Assembly (NCBI GenBank): GCA_030390025.1
Contig: JASTWF010000366.1
Location: forward strand, 248,001 to 312,000
Length of the DNA: 64,000 bases
DNA from: Squalus acanthias
Lineage: Eukaryota
Direction: 5' to 3'
Part shown: positions 26,201-41,200 of the stretch, one piece after another
Numbering within the stretch: position 1 is the first letter of the stretch
Layout of the letters: the number at the start of each line of letters is the position of its first letter
Position numbers and translations under genes: made by a program
Notes under the pieces: generated by a model
What the model saw: only the letters and a program-made list of their open reading frames with translations
Databases searched by the model: none
Told to the model about the DNA's origin: nothing

Positions 26201-29200
26201 CTCTCTCTCCGGTCTATTACGGTAGTGGGCCCCTCTCTCTCCTGTGTATTATGGTAGAGGGCCCCTCACTCTCTCCGGTGTATTACGGTAGAGGGCCCCT
26301 CTCTCTCTCCGGTGTATTACGGTAGAGGGTCCCTCTCTCTCTCTCCGGTGTATTACGGTAGAGTGACTCTCTCTCTCTCCGGTGTATTACGGTAGAAGGC
26401 CCCTCTCTCTCTCCGGTGTATTATGGTAGAGGGCCCCACTCTCTCTCTCCGGTTTATTACGGTAGAGGGCCCCTCTCTCCGGTGTATTACGGTAGAGGGC
26501 CCCTCTCTCTCTCCGGTGTATTATGGTAGAGGGCCCCTCTCTCTCTGTGGTGTATTACGGTAGAGGGCCCCTCTCTCTCTCCGGTGTATTACGGTAGAGG
26601 GCCCCTCTCTCCTGTGTATTACGGTGGAGGGCCCCTCTCTCTCTCCGGTGTATTACGGTAGAGGGTCCCTCGCTCTCTCTGGTGTACTGCGGTAGAGGCC
26701 CACTCTCCGGTGTATTATGGTAGAGGGCCCCTCTCTCTCTCCGGTGTATTATGGTCGAGGGCCCCTCTCTTTCTCCGGTGTATTACGGTAGAAGGCCCCT
26801 CTCTCTCACCGGTGTATTATGGTAGAGGGCCCCTCTCTCTCTCCTGTGTATTACGGTAGAGGGACCCTCCCTCTCTCCGGTGTATTACGGTAGAGGGCCC
26901 CTCTCTCTCTCCGGTGTATTACGGTAGGGGCCTCTCTCTCCGTCGTATTACGGTGGAGTGCCCCTCTCTCCGGTGTATTACGGTAGAGGGCCCCTCTCTC
27001 CGGTATATTACAGTAGATGTCCCCTCTCTCTCTCCAGTCTATTACGGTAGAGGGCCCCCATCTCTCCGGTGTATTACGGTAGAGGGCCCCACTCTCTCTC
27101 TGGTGTATTACGGTAGAGGGTCCCTCTCTCTCTCCGGTGTATTACGGTAGAGGCCCCTCTCTCTCACCGGTGTATTACAGTAGGGGCCCCTCTCTCCGTT
27201 GTAGTACGGTGGAGTGCCCCTCTCTCCGGTATATTACAGTAGATGTCCCCTTTCTCTCTCTCCGGTCTATTACGGTAGAGGGCCCCCATCTCTCCGGTGT
27301 ATTACGGTAGAGAGCCCCACTCTCTCTCTGGTGTATTACGGTAGAGGGCCCCATCTCTCTCGCTGGTGTATTACGGTAGAGGGCCCCTCTCTCCGGTGTA
27401 TTATGGTAGAGGGCCCCTCTCTCTCTCCGGTGTATTACAGTAGATGTCCCCTCTCTCTCTCCGGTCTATTACGGTCGTGGGCCCCTCTCTCTCCTGTGTA
27501 TTATGGTAGAGGGCCCCTCACTCTCTCCGGTGTATCACGGTAGAGGGCCCCTCTCTCTCTCCGGTGTATTACGGTAGAGGGTCCCTCTCTCCCTCTCCGG
27601 TGTATTACGGTAGAGTGACTCTCTCTCTCTCCGGTGTATTACGGTAGAAGGCCCCTCTCTCTCTCCGGTGTATTATGGTAGAGGGCCCCACTCTCTCCGG
27701 TTTATTACGGTAGAGGGCCCCTCTCTCCGGTGTATTACGGTAGAGGGCCCCTCTCTCTCTCCGGTGTATTATGGTAGAGGGCCCCTCTCTCTCTGTGGTG
27801 TATTACGGTAGAGGGCCCCTCTCTCTCTCCGGTGTATTACGGTAGAGGGCCCCTCTCTCCTGTGTATTACGGTGGAGGGCCCCTCTCTCTCTCCGGTGTA
27901 TTACGGTAGAGGGTCCCTCGCTCTCTCTGGTGTACTGCGGTAGAGGCCCACTCTCCGGTGTATTATGGTAGAGGGCCCCTCTCTCTCTCTCCGGTGTATT
28001 ATGGTCGAGGGCCCCTCTCTTTCTCCGGTGTATTACGGTAGAAGGCCCCTCTCTCTCACCGGTGTATTATGGTAGAGGGCCCCTCTCTCTCTCCTGTGTA
28101 TTACGGTAGAGGGACCCTCCCTCTCTCCGGTGTATTACGGTAGAGGGCCCCTCTCTCTCTCCGGTGTATTACGGTAGGGGCCTCTCTCTCCGTCGTATTA
28201 CGGTGGAGTGCACCTCTCTCCGGTGTATTACGGTAGAGGGCCCCTCTCTCCGGTATATTACAGTAGATGTCCCCTCTCTCTCTCCAGTCTATTACGGTAG
28301 AGGGCCCCCATCTCTCCGGTGTATTACGGTAGAGGGCCCCACTCTCTCTCTGGTGTATTACGGTAGAGGGTCCCTCTCTCTCTCCGGTGTATTACGGTAG
28401 AGGCCCCTCTCTCTCACCGGTGTATTACGGTAGGGGCCCCTCTCTCCGTTGTATTACGGTGGAGTGCCCCTCTCTCCGGTATATTACAGTAGATGTCCCC
28501 TTTCTCTCTCTCCGGTCTATTACGGTAGAGGGCCCCCATCTCTCCGGTGTATTACGGTAGAGAGCCCCACTCTCTCTCTGGTGTATTACGGTAGAGGGTC
28601 CCTCTCTCTCTCCGGTGTATTACGGTAGAGGGCCCCACTCTCCGGTTTATTACGGTAGAGGGCTCCACTCTCTCTCCGCTGTGTTATATTAGAGGGCCCC
28701 ATCTCTCTCGCTGGTGTATTACGGTAGAGGGCCCCTCTCTCCGGTGTATTATGGTAGAGGGCCCCTCTCTCTCTCCGGTGTATTACAGTAGATGTCCCCT
28801 CTCTCTCTCCGGTCTATTACGGTAGTGGGCCCCTCTCTCTCCTGTGTATTATGGTAGAGGGCCCCTCACACTCTCCGGTGTATTACGGTAGAGGGCCCCT
28901 CTCTCTCTCCGGTGTATTACGGTAGAGGGTCCCTCTCTCTCTCCGGTGTATTACGGTAGAAGGCTCCTCTCTCCGGTGTATTACGGTAGAGGGCCCCTCT
29001 CTCTCTCCGGTGTATTACGGTAGAGTGACTCTCTCTCTGGTGTATTATGGTAGAAGGCCCCTCTCTCTCTCCGGTGTATTATGGTAGAGGGCCCCACTCT
29101 CTCTCTCCAGTGTATTACGGTAGAGGGCCCCACTCTCTCCGGTTTATTACGGTAGAGGGCCCCTCTCTCTCTCCGGTGTATTATGGTAGAGGGCCCCTCT

Positions 29201-32200
29201 CTCTCTGTGGTGTATTACGGTAGAGGGCCCCCCTCTCTCTCCGGTGTATTACGGTAGAGGGCCCCTCTCTCCTGTGTATTACGGTGGAGGGCCCCTCTCT
29301 CTCTCCGGTGTATTACGGTAGAGGGTCCCTCGCTCTCTCTGGTGTACTGCGGTAGAGGCCCACTCTCCGGTGTATTATGGTAGAGGGCCCCTCTCTCTCT
29401 CCGGTGTATTATGGTCGAGGGCCCCTCTCTTTCTCCGGTGTATTACGGTAGAAGGCCCCTCTCTCTCACCGGTGTATTATGGTAGAGGGCCCCTCTCTCT
29501 CTCCTGTGTATTACGGTAGAGGGACCCTCTCTCTCTCCGGTGTATTACGGTAGAGGGCCCCTCTCTCTCTCCGGTGTATTACGTTAGGGGCCCCTCTCTC
29601 CGTCGTATTACGGTGGAGTGCCCCTCTCTCCGGTGTATTACGGTAGATGGCCCCTCTCTCCGGTATATTACAGTAGATGTCCCCTCTCTCTCTCCGGTCT
29701 ATTACGGTACAGGGCCCCCATCTCTCCGGTGTATTACGGTAGAGGGCCCCACTCTCTCTCTGGTGTATTACGGTAGAGGGTCCCTCTCTCTCTCCGGTGT
29801 GTTACGGTAGAGGGCCCCTCTCTCCGGTTTATTACGGAAGAGGGCCACTCTCTCTCCGGTGTATTACGGTAGAGGGCTCCACTCTCTCTCCAGTGTGTTA
29901 TATTAGAGGGCCCCATCTCTCTCGCTGGTGTATTACGGTAGAGGGCCCCTCTCTCTCTACTGTGTATTATGGTAGAGGGCCCCTCTCTCTCTCCGGTGTA
30001 CTACGGTCGGAGGGCCCATCTCTCTCTCCGGTATATTACGGTAGAGGGCCCCTCTCTCTCTCCTGTGTATTACAGTAGAGGGCCCCTCTCTAGCTCCGGT
30101 GTATTACGGTGGAGGGCCCATCTCTCTCTCCAGTGTATTATGGGAGAGGCCCACTCTCCGGTATATTACGGTAGAGGGCCCCTCTCTTTCTCCGTTGTAT
30201 TATGGTAGTAGGCCCCTCACTCCGGTGTATTACGGAAGAGAGCACCTCTCTCTCTCCGGTGTATTATGGTAGAAGGCACCTCTCTCTCTCTCCGGTGTAT
30301 TACGGTAGAGGGCCCCACTCTCTCTCTCCGGTTTATTACGGTAGAGGGCCCCTCTCTCTCTCCGGTGTATTATGGTAGAGGGCCCCACTCTCTCTCTCTG
30401 GTGTATTACGGTAGAGGGCCCCTCTCTCTCTCCGGTGTATTATGGATGGGGCACCTCTCTCACTCCGGAGTATTACAGTAGAGGGCCCCTCTCTCTCCGG
30501 TGTATTACAGTAGAAGGCCCCTCTCTCTCTCCTGTGTATTACGGTACAGGGCCTCTCTCTCTCTCCGGCGTATTACGGTAGAGGGCCCTATATCTCTCCG
30601 GTGTATTACAGTCGAGGGCCCCTCTCTCTCTCCGGTGTATTATGGTAGAGGGCCACTCTCTCTCTCCTGTGTATTACGGTACAGGACGCCTCTCCCGCTC
30701 CGGTGTATTATGATAGAGGGCGCCTCTCTCTCTCCAGTGTATTACGGTAGAGCGCCTCACTCTCTCTCCGGTGTATTACGGTAGAGTCCCACTCTCTGGT
30801 GTATTACAGTAGAAGGCCCCACTCTCTCTCTCCGGTATATTACGGTAGAGGGCCCCTCTCTCTCTCCGGTGTATTACAGTAGGGGCCCCTCTCTCCAGTG
30901 TATTACAGTCGAGGCCCCTCTCTCCGATGTATTACAGTAGGGGCCCCTCTCTCTGCTGTATTACATTAGAGGCCCCTCTCTCTCTCCGGTGTATTACGGT
31001 ACAGGGCCTCTCTCTCTCTCCGGCGTATTAAGGTAGAGGGCCCCTCTCTCTCCTGTGTATTACGGTACAGGACGCCTCTCTCTCTCCAGTGTATTACGGT
31101 AGAGGGCCCCTCTCTCTCTCCTTCGTATTACGGTGGAGGGCCCCCCTCTCTCTCCGGTGTATTATGGTAGAAGGCACCTCTCTCTCTCCAGTGTATTACG
31201 GAAGAGGGCCCCTCTCTCCGGTGTAATATGGTAGAAGGCCCCCCTCTCTGTCTCCGGTGTATTACGGTAGACGGCCCCACTCTCTCTCTCCGGTGTATTA
31301 TGGTAGAAGGCACCTCTCTCTCTCTCCGGTGTATTATGGTAGAGGGCCCCACTCTCTCTCTCTGGTGTATTACGGTAGAGGGCCCCTCTCTCTCTCCGGT
31401 GTATTATGGATGGGGCACCTCTCTCACTCCGGAGTATTACAGTAGAGGGCCCCTCTCTCTCCGGTGTATTACAGTAGAAGGCCCCTCTCTCTCTCCTGTG
31501 TATTACGGTACAGGGCCTCTCTCTCTCTCCGGCGTATTACGGTAGAGGGCCCTATATCTCTCCGGTGTATTACAGTCGAGGGCCCCTCTCTCTCTCCGGT
31601 GTATTATGGTAGAGGGCCACTCTCTCTCTCCTGTGTATTACGGTAGAGCGCCTCACTCTCTCTCCGGTGTATTACGGTAGAGTCCCACTCTCTGGTGTAT
31701 TACAGTAGAAGGCCCCACTCTCTCTCTCCGGTATATTACGGTAGAGGGCCCCTCTCTCTCTCCGGTGTATTACAGTAGGGGCCCCTCTCTCCAGTGTATT
31801 ACAGTCGGGGCCCCTCTCTCTGATGTATTACAGTAGGGGCCCCTCTCTCCGCTGTATTACATTAGAGGCCCCTCTCTCTCTCCGGTGTATTACGGTACAG
31901 GGCCTCTCTCTCTCTCCGGCGTATTAAGGTAGAGGGCCCCTCTCTCTCCTGTGTATTACGGTACAGGACGCCTCTCTCTCTCCAGTGTATTACGGTAGAG
32001 GGCCCCTCTCTCTCTCCTTCGTATTACGGTGGAGGGCCCCCCTCTCTCTCCGGTGTATTATGGTAGAAGGCACCTCTCTCTCTCCAGTATATTACGGAAG
32101 AGGGCCCCTCTCTCCGGTGTAATATGGTAGAAGGCCCCCCTCTCTGTCTCCGGTGTATTACGGTAGACGGCCCCACTCTCTCTCTCCGGTGTATTACGGT

Positions 32201-35200
32201 AGAGGGCCCCTCTCTCTCTCTGGTGTATTACGGTAGAGGGCCCCCCTCTCTCTCCGGTGTATTATGGTAGAGGGCCCCACTCTCTCTCGCCGGTGTATTA
32301 CGGTAGAGGGCCCCTCTCTCCTTCGTATTACGGTGGAGGGCCCATCTCTCTCTCCGGTGTATTATGGTAGAGGGCCCCTCTCTCTCTGTGATGTATTACG
32401 GTAGCGGGCCCCTCTCTCTCTCCTGTGTATTACGGTAGAGGGCCCATCTCTCTCTCCGGTGTATTACGGTAGAGGGTCCCTCTCTCTCTCTGGTGTATTG
32501 CGGTAGAAGGCCAACTCTCCGGTATATTATGGTAGAGGGCCCCTCTCTCTCTCCGGTGTATTATGGTCGAGCGCCCCTCTCTCTCTCCGGTGTATTACGG
32601 TAGAAGGCCCCTCTCTCTCTCCGGTGTATTATGGTAGAGGGCCCCTCTCTCTCTCCTGTGTATTACGGTAGAAGGCCCCTCTCTCTCACCCTTGTATTAC
32701 GGTACAGGGCCCCTCTCCCTCTCCGGTGTATTATGGTAGCGGGCCCCTCTCTCTCTCCGGTGTATTATGGTAGAGGGCCCCTCTCTCTCTCCGGTGTGTT
32801 ACGGTAGAGGGTCCCTATCTCTCTCCGGTGTATTACGGTAGAGGGCCCGTCTCTCCGGTTTATTACAGTAGAGGGCCCCTCTCTCTCCGGTGTATTATGG
32901 TAGAGGGCCCCACTCTCTCTCCGGTGTATTACGGTAGAAGGCCCCTCTCTCCGGTGTATTATGGTAGAGGGCCCCTATCTCCGGTGTATTACGGTAGAGG
33001 GCCCCTCTCTCTCCGGTGTATTACAGTAGAGGGCCCCTCTCTCTCTCCGGTGTATCATGGTAGAAGGCCCCTCTCTCTCTCCGGTGTATAACAGTAGGGG
33101 CCCGTCTCTCACTCCGGTGTATTACGGTAGACGCCCACTCTCCGGTGTTTTACGGTAGAGGGCCCCTCTCTCTCTCCGGTCTATTACAGTAGTGGGCCTC
33201 TCTCTCTCCTGTGTATTATGGTAGAAGACCCATCTCTTCGGTGTATTACAGTAGAGGGCCCCTCTCTCTCCGGTGTATTACGGTAGAGGGCCCCACTCAC
33301 TCTCTCCGGTGTGTTACGGTAGAGGGTCCCTATCTCTCTCCGGTGTATTACGGTAGAGGGCCCGTCTCTCCGGTTTATTACAGTAGAGGGCCCCTCTCTC
33401 TCCGGTGTATTATGGTAGAGGGCCCCACTCTCTCTCCGGTGTATTACGGTAGAAGGCCCCTCTCTCCGGTGTATTATGGTAGAGGGCCCCTATCTCCGGT
33501 GTATTACGGTAGAGGGCCCCTCTCTCTGGTGTATTACAGTAGAGGGCCCCTCTCTCTCTCCGGTGTATCATGGTAGAAGGCCCCTCTCTCTCTCCGGTGT
33601 ATAACAGTAGGGGCCCGTCTCTCACTCCGGTGTATTACGGTAGACGCCCACTCTCCGGTGTTTTACGGTAGAGGGCCCCTCTCTCTCTCCGGTCTATTAC
33701 AGTAGTGGGCCTCTCTCTCTCCTGTGTATTATGGTAGAAGACCCATCTCTCCGGTGTATTACGGTAGAGGGCCCCTCTCTCTCCTGTGTATTATGGTAGA
33801 GGGCCCCTCACTCTCTCCGGTGTATTACGGTAGAGGGCCCCTCTCTCTCTCCGGTGTATTACGGTAGAGGGTCCCTCTCTCTCTCTCCGGTGTATTACGG
33901 TAGAGTGACTCTCTCTCTCTCCGGTGTATTACGGTAGAAGGCCCCTCTCTCTCTCCGGTGTATTATGGTAGAGGGCCCCACTCTCTCTCTCCGGTTTATT
34001 ACGGTAGAGGGCCCCTCTCTCCGGTGTATTACGGTAGAGGGCCCCTCTCTCTCTCCGGTGTATTATGGTAGAGGGCCCCTCTCTCTCTGTGGTGTATTAC
34101 GGTAGAGGGCCCCTCTCTCTCTCCGGTGTATTACGGTAGAGGGCCCCTCTCTCCTGTGTATTACGGTGGAGGGCCCCTCTCTCTCTCCGGTGTATTACGG
34201 TAGAGGGTCCCTCGCTCTCTCTGGTGTACTGCGGTAGAGGCCCACTCTCCGGTGTATTATGGTAGAGGGCCCCTCTCTCTCTCCGGTGTATTATGGTCGA
34301 GGGCCCCTCTCTTTCTCCGGTGTATTACGGTAGAAGGCCCCTCTCTCTCACCGGTGTATTATGGTAGAGGGCCCCTCTCTCTCTCCTGTGTATTACGGTA
34401 GAGGGACCCTCCCTCTCTCCGGTGTATTACGGTAGAGGGCCCCTCTCTCTCTCCGGTGTATTACGGTAGGGGCCTCTCTCTCCGTCGTATTACGGTGGAG
34501 TGCCCCTCTCTCCGGTGTATTACGGTAGAGGGCCCCTCTCTCCGGTATATTACAGTAGATGTCCCCTCTCTCTCTCCAGTCTATTACGGTAGAGGGCCCC
34601 CATCTCTCCGGTGTATTACGGTAGAGGGCCCCACTCTCTCTCTGGTGTATTACGGTAGAGGGTCCCTCTCTCTCTCCGGTGTATTACGGTAGAGGCCCCT
34701 CTCTCTCACCGGTGTATTACAGTAGGGGCCCCTCTCTCCGTTGTAGTACGGTGGAGTGCCCCTCTCTCCGGTATATTACAGTAGATGTCCCCTTTCTCTC
34801 TCTCCGGTCTATTACGGTAGAGGGCCCCCATCTCTCCGGTGTATTACGGTAGAGAGCCCCACTCTCTCTCTGGTGTATTACGGTAGAGGGCCCCATCTCT
34901 CTCGCTGGTGTATTACGGTAGAGGGCCCCTCTCTCCGGTGTATTATGGTAGAGGGCCCCTCTCTCTCTCCGGTGTATTACAGTAGATGTCCCCTCTCTCT
35001 CTCCGGTCTATTACGGTCGTGGGCCCCTCTCTCTCCTGTGTATTATGGTAGAGGGCCCCTCACTCTCTCCGGTGTATCACGGTAGAGGGCCCCTCTCTCT
35101 CTCCGGTGTATTACGGTAGAGGGTCCCTCTCTCCCTCTCCGGTGTATTACGGTAGAGTGACTCTCTCTCTCTCCGGTGTATTACGGTAGAAGGCCCCTCT

Positions 35201-38200
35201 CTCTCTCCGGTGTATTATGGTAGAGGGCCCCACTCTCTCCGGTTTATTACGGTAGAGGGCCCCTCTCTCCGGTGTATTACGGTAGAGGGCCCCTCTCTCT
35301 CTCCGGTGTATTATGGTAGAGGGCCCCTCTCTCTCTGTGGTGTATTACGGTAGAGGGCCCCTCTCTCTCTCCGGTGTATTACGGTAGAGGGCCCCTCTCT
35401 CCTGTGTATTACGGTGGAGGGCCCCTCTCTCTCTCCGGTGTATTACGGTAGAGGGTCCCTCGCTCTCTCTGGTGTACTGCGGTAGAGGCCCACTCTCCGG
35501 TGTATTATGGTAGAGGGCCCCTCTCTCTCTCTCCGGTGTATTATGGTCGAGGGCCCCTCTCTTTCTCCGGTGTATTACGGTAGAAGGCCCCTCTCTCTCA
35601 CCGGTGTATTATGGTAGAGGGCCCCTCTCTCTCTCCTGTGTATTACGGTAGAGGGACCCTCCCTCTCTCCGGTGTATTACGGTAGAGGGCCCCTCTCTCT
35701 CTCCGGTGTATTACGGTAGGGGCCTCTCTCTCCGTCGTATTACGGTGGAGTGCACCTCTCTCCGGTGTATTACGGTAGAGGGCCCCTCTCTCCGGTATAT
35801 TACAGTAGATGTCCCCTCTCTCTCTCCAGTCTATTACGGTAGAGGGCCCCCATCTCTCCGGTGTATTACGGTAGAGGGCCCCACTCTCTCTCTGGTGTAT
35901 TACGGTAGAGGGTCCCTCTCTCTCTCCGGTGTATTACGGTAGAGGCCCCTCTCTCTCACCGGTGTATTACGGTAGGGGCCCCTCTCTCCGTTGTATTACG
36001 GTGGAGTGCCCCTCTCTCCGGTATATTACAGTAGATGTCCCCTTTCTCTCTCTCCGGTCTATTACGGTAGAGGGCCCCCATCTCTCCGGTGTATTACGGT
36101 AGAGAGCCCCACTCTCTCTCTGGTGTATTACGGTAGAGGGTCCCTCTCTCTCTCCGGTGTATTACGGTAGAGGGCCCCACTCTCCGGTTTATTACGGTAG
36201 AGGGCTCCACTCTCTCTCCGCTGTGTTATATTAGAGGGCCCCATCTCTCTCGCTGGTGTATTACGGTAGAGGGCCCCTCTCTCCGGTGTATTATGGTAGA
36301 GGGCCCCTCTCTCTCTCCGGTGTATTACAGTAGATGTCCCCTCTCTCTCTCCGGTCTATTACGGTAGTGGGCCCCTCTCTCTCCTGTGTATTATGGTAGA
36401 GGGCCCCTCACACTCTCCGGTGTATTACGGTAGAGGGCCCCTCTCCCTCTCCGGTGTATTACGGTAGAGGGTCCCTCTCTCTCTCCGGTGTATTACGGTA
36501 GAAGGCTCCTCTCTCCGGTGTATTACGGTAGAGGGCCCCTCTCTCTCTCCGGTGTATTACGGTAGAGTGACTCTCTCTCTGGTGTATTATGGTAGAAGGC
36601 CCCTCTCTCTCTCCGGTGTATTATGGTAGAGGGCCCCACTCTCTCTCTCCAGTGTATTACGGTAGAGGGCCCCACTCTCTCCGGTTTATTACGGTAGAGG
36701 GCCCCTCTCTCTCTCCGGTGTATTATGGTAGAGGGCCCCTCTCTCTCTGTGGTGTATTACGGTAGAGGGCCCCCCTCTCTCTCCGGTGTATTACGGTAGA
36801 GGGCCCCTCTCTCCTGTGTATTACGGTGGAGGGCCCCTCTCTCTCTCCGGTGTATTACGGTAGAGGGTCCCTCGCTCTCTCTGGTGTACTGCGGTAGAGG
36901 CCCACTCTCCGGTGTATTATGGTAGAGGGCCCCTCTCTCTCTCCGGTGTATTATGGTCGAGGGCCCCTCTCTTTCTCCGGTGTATTACGGTAGAAGGCCC
37001 CTCTCTCTCACCGGTGTATTATGGTAGAGGGCCCCTCTCTCTCTCCTGTGTATTACGGTAGAGGGACCCTCTCTCTCTCCGGTGTATTACGGTAGAGGGC
37101 CCCTCTCTCTCTCCGGTGTATTACGTTAGGGGCCCCTCTCTCCGTCGTATTACGGTGGAGTGCCCCTCTCTCCGGTGTATTACGGTAGATGGCCCCTCTC
37201 TCCGGTATATTACAGTAGATGTCCCCTCTCTCTCTCCGGTCTATTACGGTACAGGGCCCCCATCTCTCCGGTGTATTACGGTAGAGGGCCCCACTCTCTC
37301 TCTGGTGTATTACGGTAGAGGGTCCCTCTCTCTCTCCGGTGTGTTACGGTAGAGGGCCCCTCTCTCCGGTTTATTACGGAAGAGGGCCACTCTCTCTCCG
37401 GTGTATTACGGTAGAGGGCTCCACTCTCTCTCCAGTGTGTTATATTAGAGGGCCCCATCTCTCTCGCTGGTGTATTACGGTAGAGGGCCCCTCTCTCTCT
37501 ACTGTGTATTATGGTAGAGGGCCCCTCTCTCTCTCCGGTGTACTACGGTCGGAGGGCCCATCTCTCTCTCCGGTATATTACGGTAGAGGGCCCCTCTCTC
37601 TCTCCTGTGTATTACAGTAGAGGGCCCCTCTCTAGCTCCGGTGTATTACGGTGGAGGGCCCATCTCTCTCTCCAGTGTATTATGGGAGAGGCCCACTCTC
37701 CGGTATATTACGGTAGAGGGCCCCTCTCTTTCTCCGTTGTATTATGGTAGTAGGCCCCTCACTCCGGTGTATTACGGAAGAGAGCACCTCTCTCTCTCCG
37801 GTGTATTATGGTAGAAGGCACCTCTCTCTCTCTCCGGTGTATTACGGTAGAGGGCCCCACTCTCTCTCTCCGGTTTATTACGGTAGAGGGCCCCTCTCTC
37901 TCTCCGGTGTATTATGGTAGAGGGCCCCACTCTCTCTCTCTGGTGTATTACGGTAGAGGGCCCCTCTCTCTCTCCGGTGTATTATGGATGGGGCACCTCT
38001 CTCACTCCGGAGTATTACAGTAGAGGGCCCCTCTCTCTCCGGTGTATTACAGTAGAAGGCCCCTCTCTCTCTCCTGTGTATTACGGTACAGGGCCTCTCT
38101 CTCTCTCCGGCGTATTACGGTAGAGGGCCCTATATCTCTCCGGTGTATTACAGTCGAGGGCCCCTCTCTCTCTCCGGTGTATTATGGTAGAGGGCCACTC

Positions 38201-41200
38201 TCTCTCTCCTGTGTATTACGGTACAGGACGCCTCTCCCGCTCCGGTGTATTATGATAGAGGGCGCCTCTCTCTCTCCAGTGTATTACGGTAGAGCGCCTC
38301 ACTCTCTCTCCGGTGTATTACGGTAGAGTCCCACTCTCTGGTGTATTACAGTAGAAGGCCCCACTCTCTCTCTCCGGTATATTACGGTAGAGGGCCCCTC
38401 TCTCTCTCCGGTGTATTACAGTAGGGGCCCCTCTCTCCAGTGTATTACAGTCGAGGCCCCTCTCTCCGATGTATTACAGTAGGGGCCCCTCTCTCTGCTG
38501 TATTACATTAGAGGCCCCTCTCTCTCTCCGGTGTATTACGGTACAGGGCCTCTCTCTCTCTCCGGCGTATTAAGGTAGAGGGCCCCTCTCTCTCCTGTGT
38601 ATTACGGTACAGGACGCCTCTCTCTCTCCAGTGTATTACGGTAGAGGGCCCCTCTCTCTCTCCTTCGTATTACGGTGGAGGGCCCCCCTCTCTCTCCGGT
38701 GTATTATGGTAGAAGGCACCTCTCTCTCTCCAGTGTATTACGGAAGAGGGCCCCTCTCTCCGGTGTAATATGGTAGAAGGCCCCCCTCTCTGTCTCCGGT
38801 GTATTACGGTAGACGGCCCCACTCTCTCTCTCCGGTGTATTATGGTAGAAGGCACCTCTCTCTCTCTCCGGTGTATTATGGTAGAGGGCCCCACTCTCTC
38901 TCTCTGGTGTATTACGGTAGAGGGCCCCTCTCTCTCTCCGGTGTATTATGGATGGGGCACCTCTCTCACTCCGGAGTATTACAGTAGAGGGCCCCTCTCT
39001 CTCCGGTGTATTACAGTAGAAGGCCCCTCTCTCTCTCCTGTGTATTACGGTACAGGGCCTCTCTCTCTCTCCGGCGTATTACGGTAGAGGGCCCTATATC
39101 TCTCCGGTGTATTACAGTCGAGGGCCCCTCTCTCTCTCCGGTGTATTATGGTAGAGGGCCACTCTCTCTCTCCTGTGTATTACGGTAGAGCGCCTCACTC
39201 TCTCTCCGGTGTATTACGGTAGAGTCCCACTCTCTGGTGTATTACAGTAGAAGGCCCCACTCTCTCTCTCCGGTATATTACGGTAGAGGGCCCCTCTCTC
39301 TCTCCGGTGTATTACAGTAGGGGCCCCTCTCTCCAGTGTATTACAGTCGGGGCCCCTCTCTCTGATGTATTACAGTAGGGGCCCCTCTCTCCGCTGTATT
39401 ACATTAGAGGCCCCTCTCTCTCTCCGGTGTATTACGGTACAGGGCCTCTCTCTCTCTCCGGCGTATTAAGGTAGAGGGCCCCTCTCTCTCCTGTGTATTA
39501 CGGTACAGGACGCCTCTCTCTCTCCAGTGTATTACGGTAGAGGGCCCCTCTCTCTCTCCTTCGTATTACGGTGGAGGGCCCCCCTCTCTCTCCGGTGTAT
39601 TATGGTAGAAGGCACCTCTCTCTCTCCAGTATATTACGGAAGAGGGCCCCTCTCTCCGGTGTAATATGGTAGAAGGCCCCCCTCTCTGTCTCCGGTGTAT
39701 TACGGTAGACGGCCCCACTCTCTCTCTCCGGTGTATTACGGTAGAGGGCCCCTCTCTCTCTCTGGTGTATTACGGTAGAGGGCCCCCCTCTCTCTCCGGT
39801 GTATTATGGTAGAGGGCCCCACTCTCTCTCGCCGGTGTATTACGGTAGAGGGCCCCTCTCTCCTTCGTATTACGGTGGAGGGCCCATCTCTCTCTCCGGT
39901 GTATTATGGTAGAGGGCCCCTCTCTCTCTGTGATGTATTACGGTAGCGGGCCCCTCTCTCTCTCCTGTGTATTACGGTAGAGGGCCCATCTCTCTCTCCG
40001 GTGTATTACGGTAGAGGGTCCCTCTCTCTCTCTGGTGTATTGCGGTAGAAGGCCAACTCTCCGGTATATTATGGTAGAGGGCCCCTCTCTCTCTCCGGTG
40101 TATTATGGTCGAGCGCCCCTCTCTCTCTCCGGTGTATTACGGTAGAAGGCCCCTCTCTCTCTCCGGTGTATTATGGTAGAGGGCCCCTCTCTCTCTCCTG
40201 TGTATTACGGTAGAAGGCCCCTCTCTCTCACCCTTGTATTACGGTACAGGGCCCCTCTCCCTCTCCGGTGTATTATGGTAGCGGGCCCCTCTCTCTCTCC
40301 GGTGTATTATGGTAGAGGGCCCCTCTCTCTCTCCGGTGTGTTACGGTAGAGGGTCCCTATCTCTCTCCGGTGTATTACGGTAGAGGGCCCGTCTCTCCGG
40401 TTTATTACAGTAGAGGGCCCCTCTCTCTCCGGTGTATTATGGTAGAGGGCCCCACTCTCTCTCCGGTGTATTACGGTAGAAGGCCCCTCTCTCCGGTGTA
40501 TTATGGTAGAGGGCCCCTATCTCCGGTGTATTACGGTAGAGGGCCCCTCTCTCTCCGGTGTATTACAGTAGAGGGCCCCTCTCTCTCTCCGGTGTATCAT
40601 GGTAGAAGGCCCCTCTCTCTCTCCGGTGTATAACAGTAGGGGCCCGTCTCTCACTCCGGTGTATTACGGTAGACGCCCACTCTCCGGTGTTTTACGGTAG
40701 AGGGCCCCTCTCTCTCTCCGGTCTATTACAGTAGTGGGCCTCTCTCTCTCCTGTGTATTATGGTAGAAGACCCATCTCTTCGGTGTATTACAGTAGAGGG
40801 CCCCTCTCTCTCCGGTGTATTACGGTAGAGGGCCCCACTCACTCTCTCCGGTGTGTTACGGTAGAGGGTCCCTATCTCTCTCCGGTGTATTACGGTAGAG
40901 GGCCCGTCTCTCCGGTTTATTACAGTAGAGGGCCCCTCTCTCTCCGGTGTATTATGGTAGAGGGCCCCACTCTCTCTCCGGTGTATTACGGTAGAAGGCC
41001 CCTCTCTCCGGTGTATTATGGTAGAGGGCCCCTATCTCCGGTGTATTACGGTAGAGGGCCCCTCTCTCTGGTGTATTACAGTAGAGGGCCCCTCTCTCTC
41101 TCCGGTGTATCATGGTAGAAGGCCCCTCTCTCTCTCCGGTGTATAACAGTAGGGGCCCGTCTCTCACTCCGGTGTATTACGGTAGACGCCCACTCTCCGG

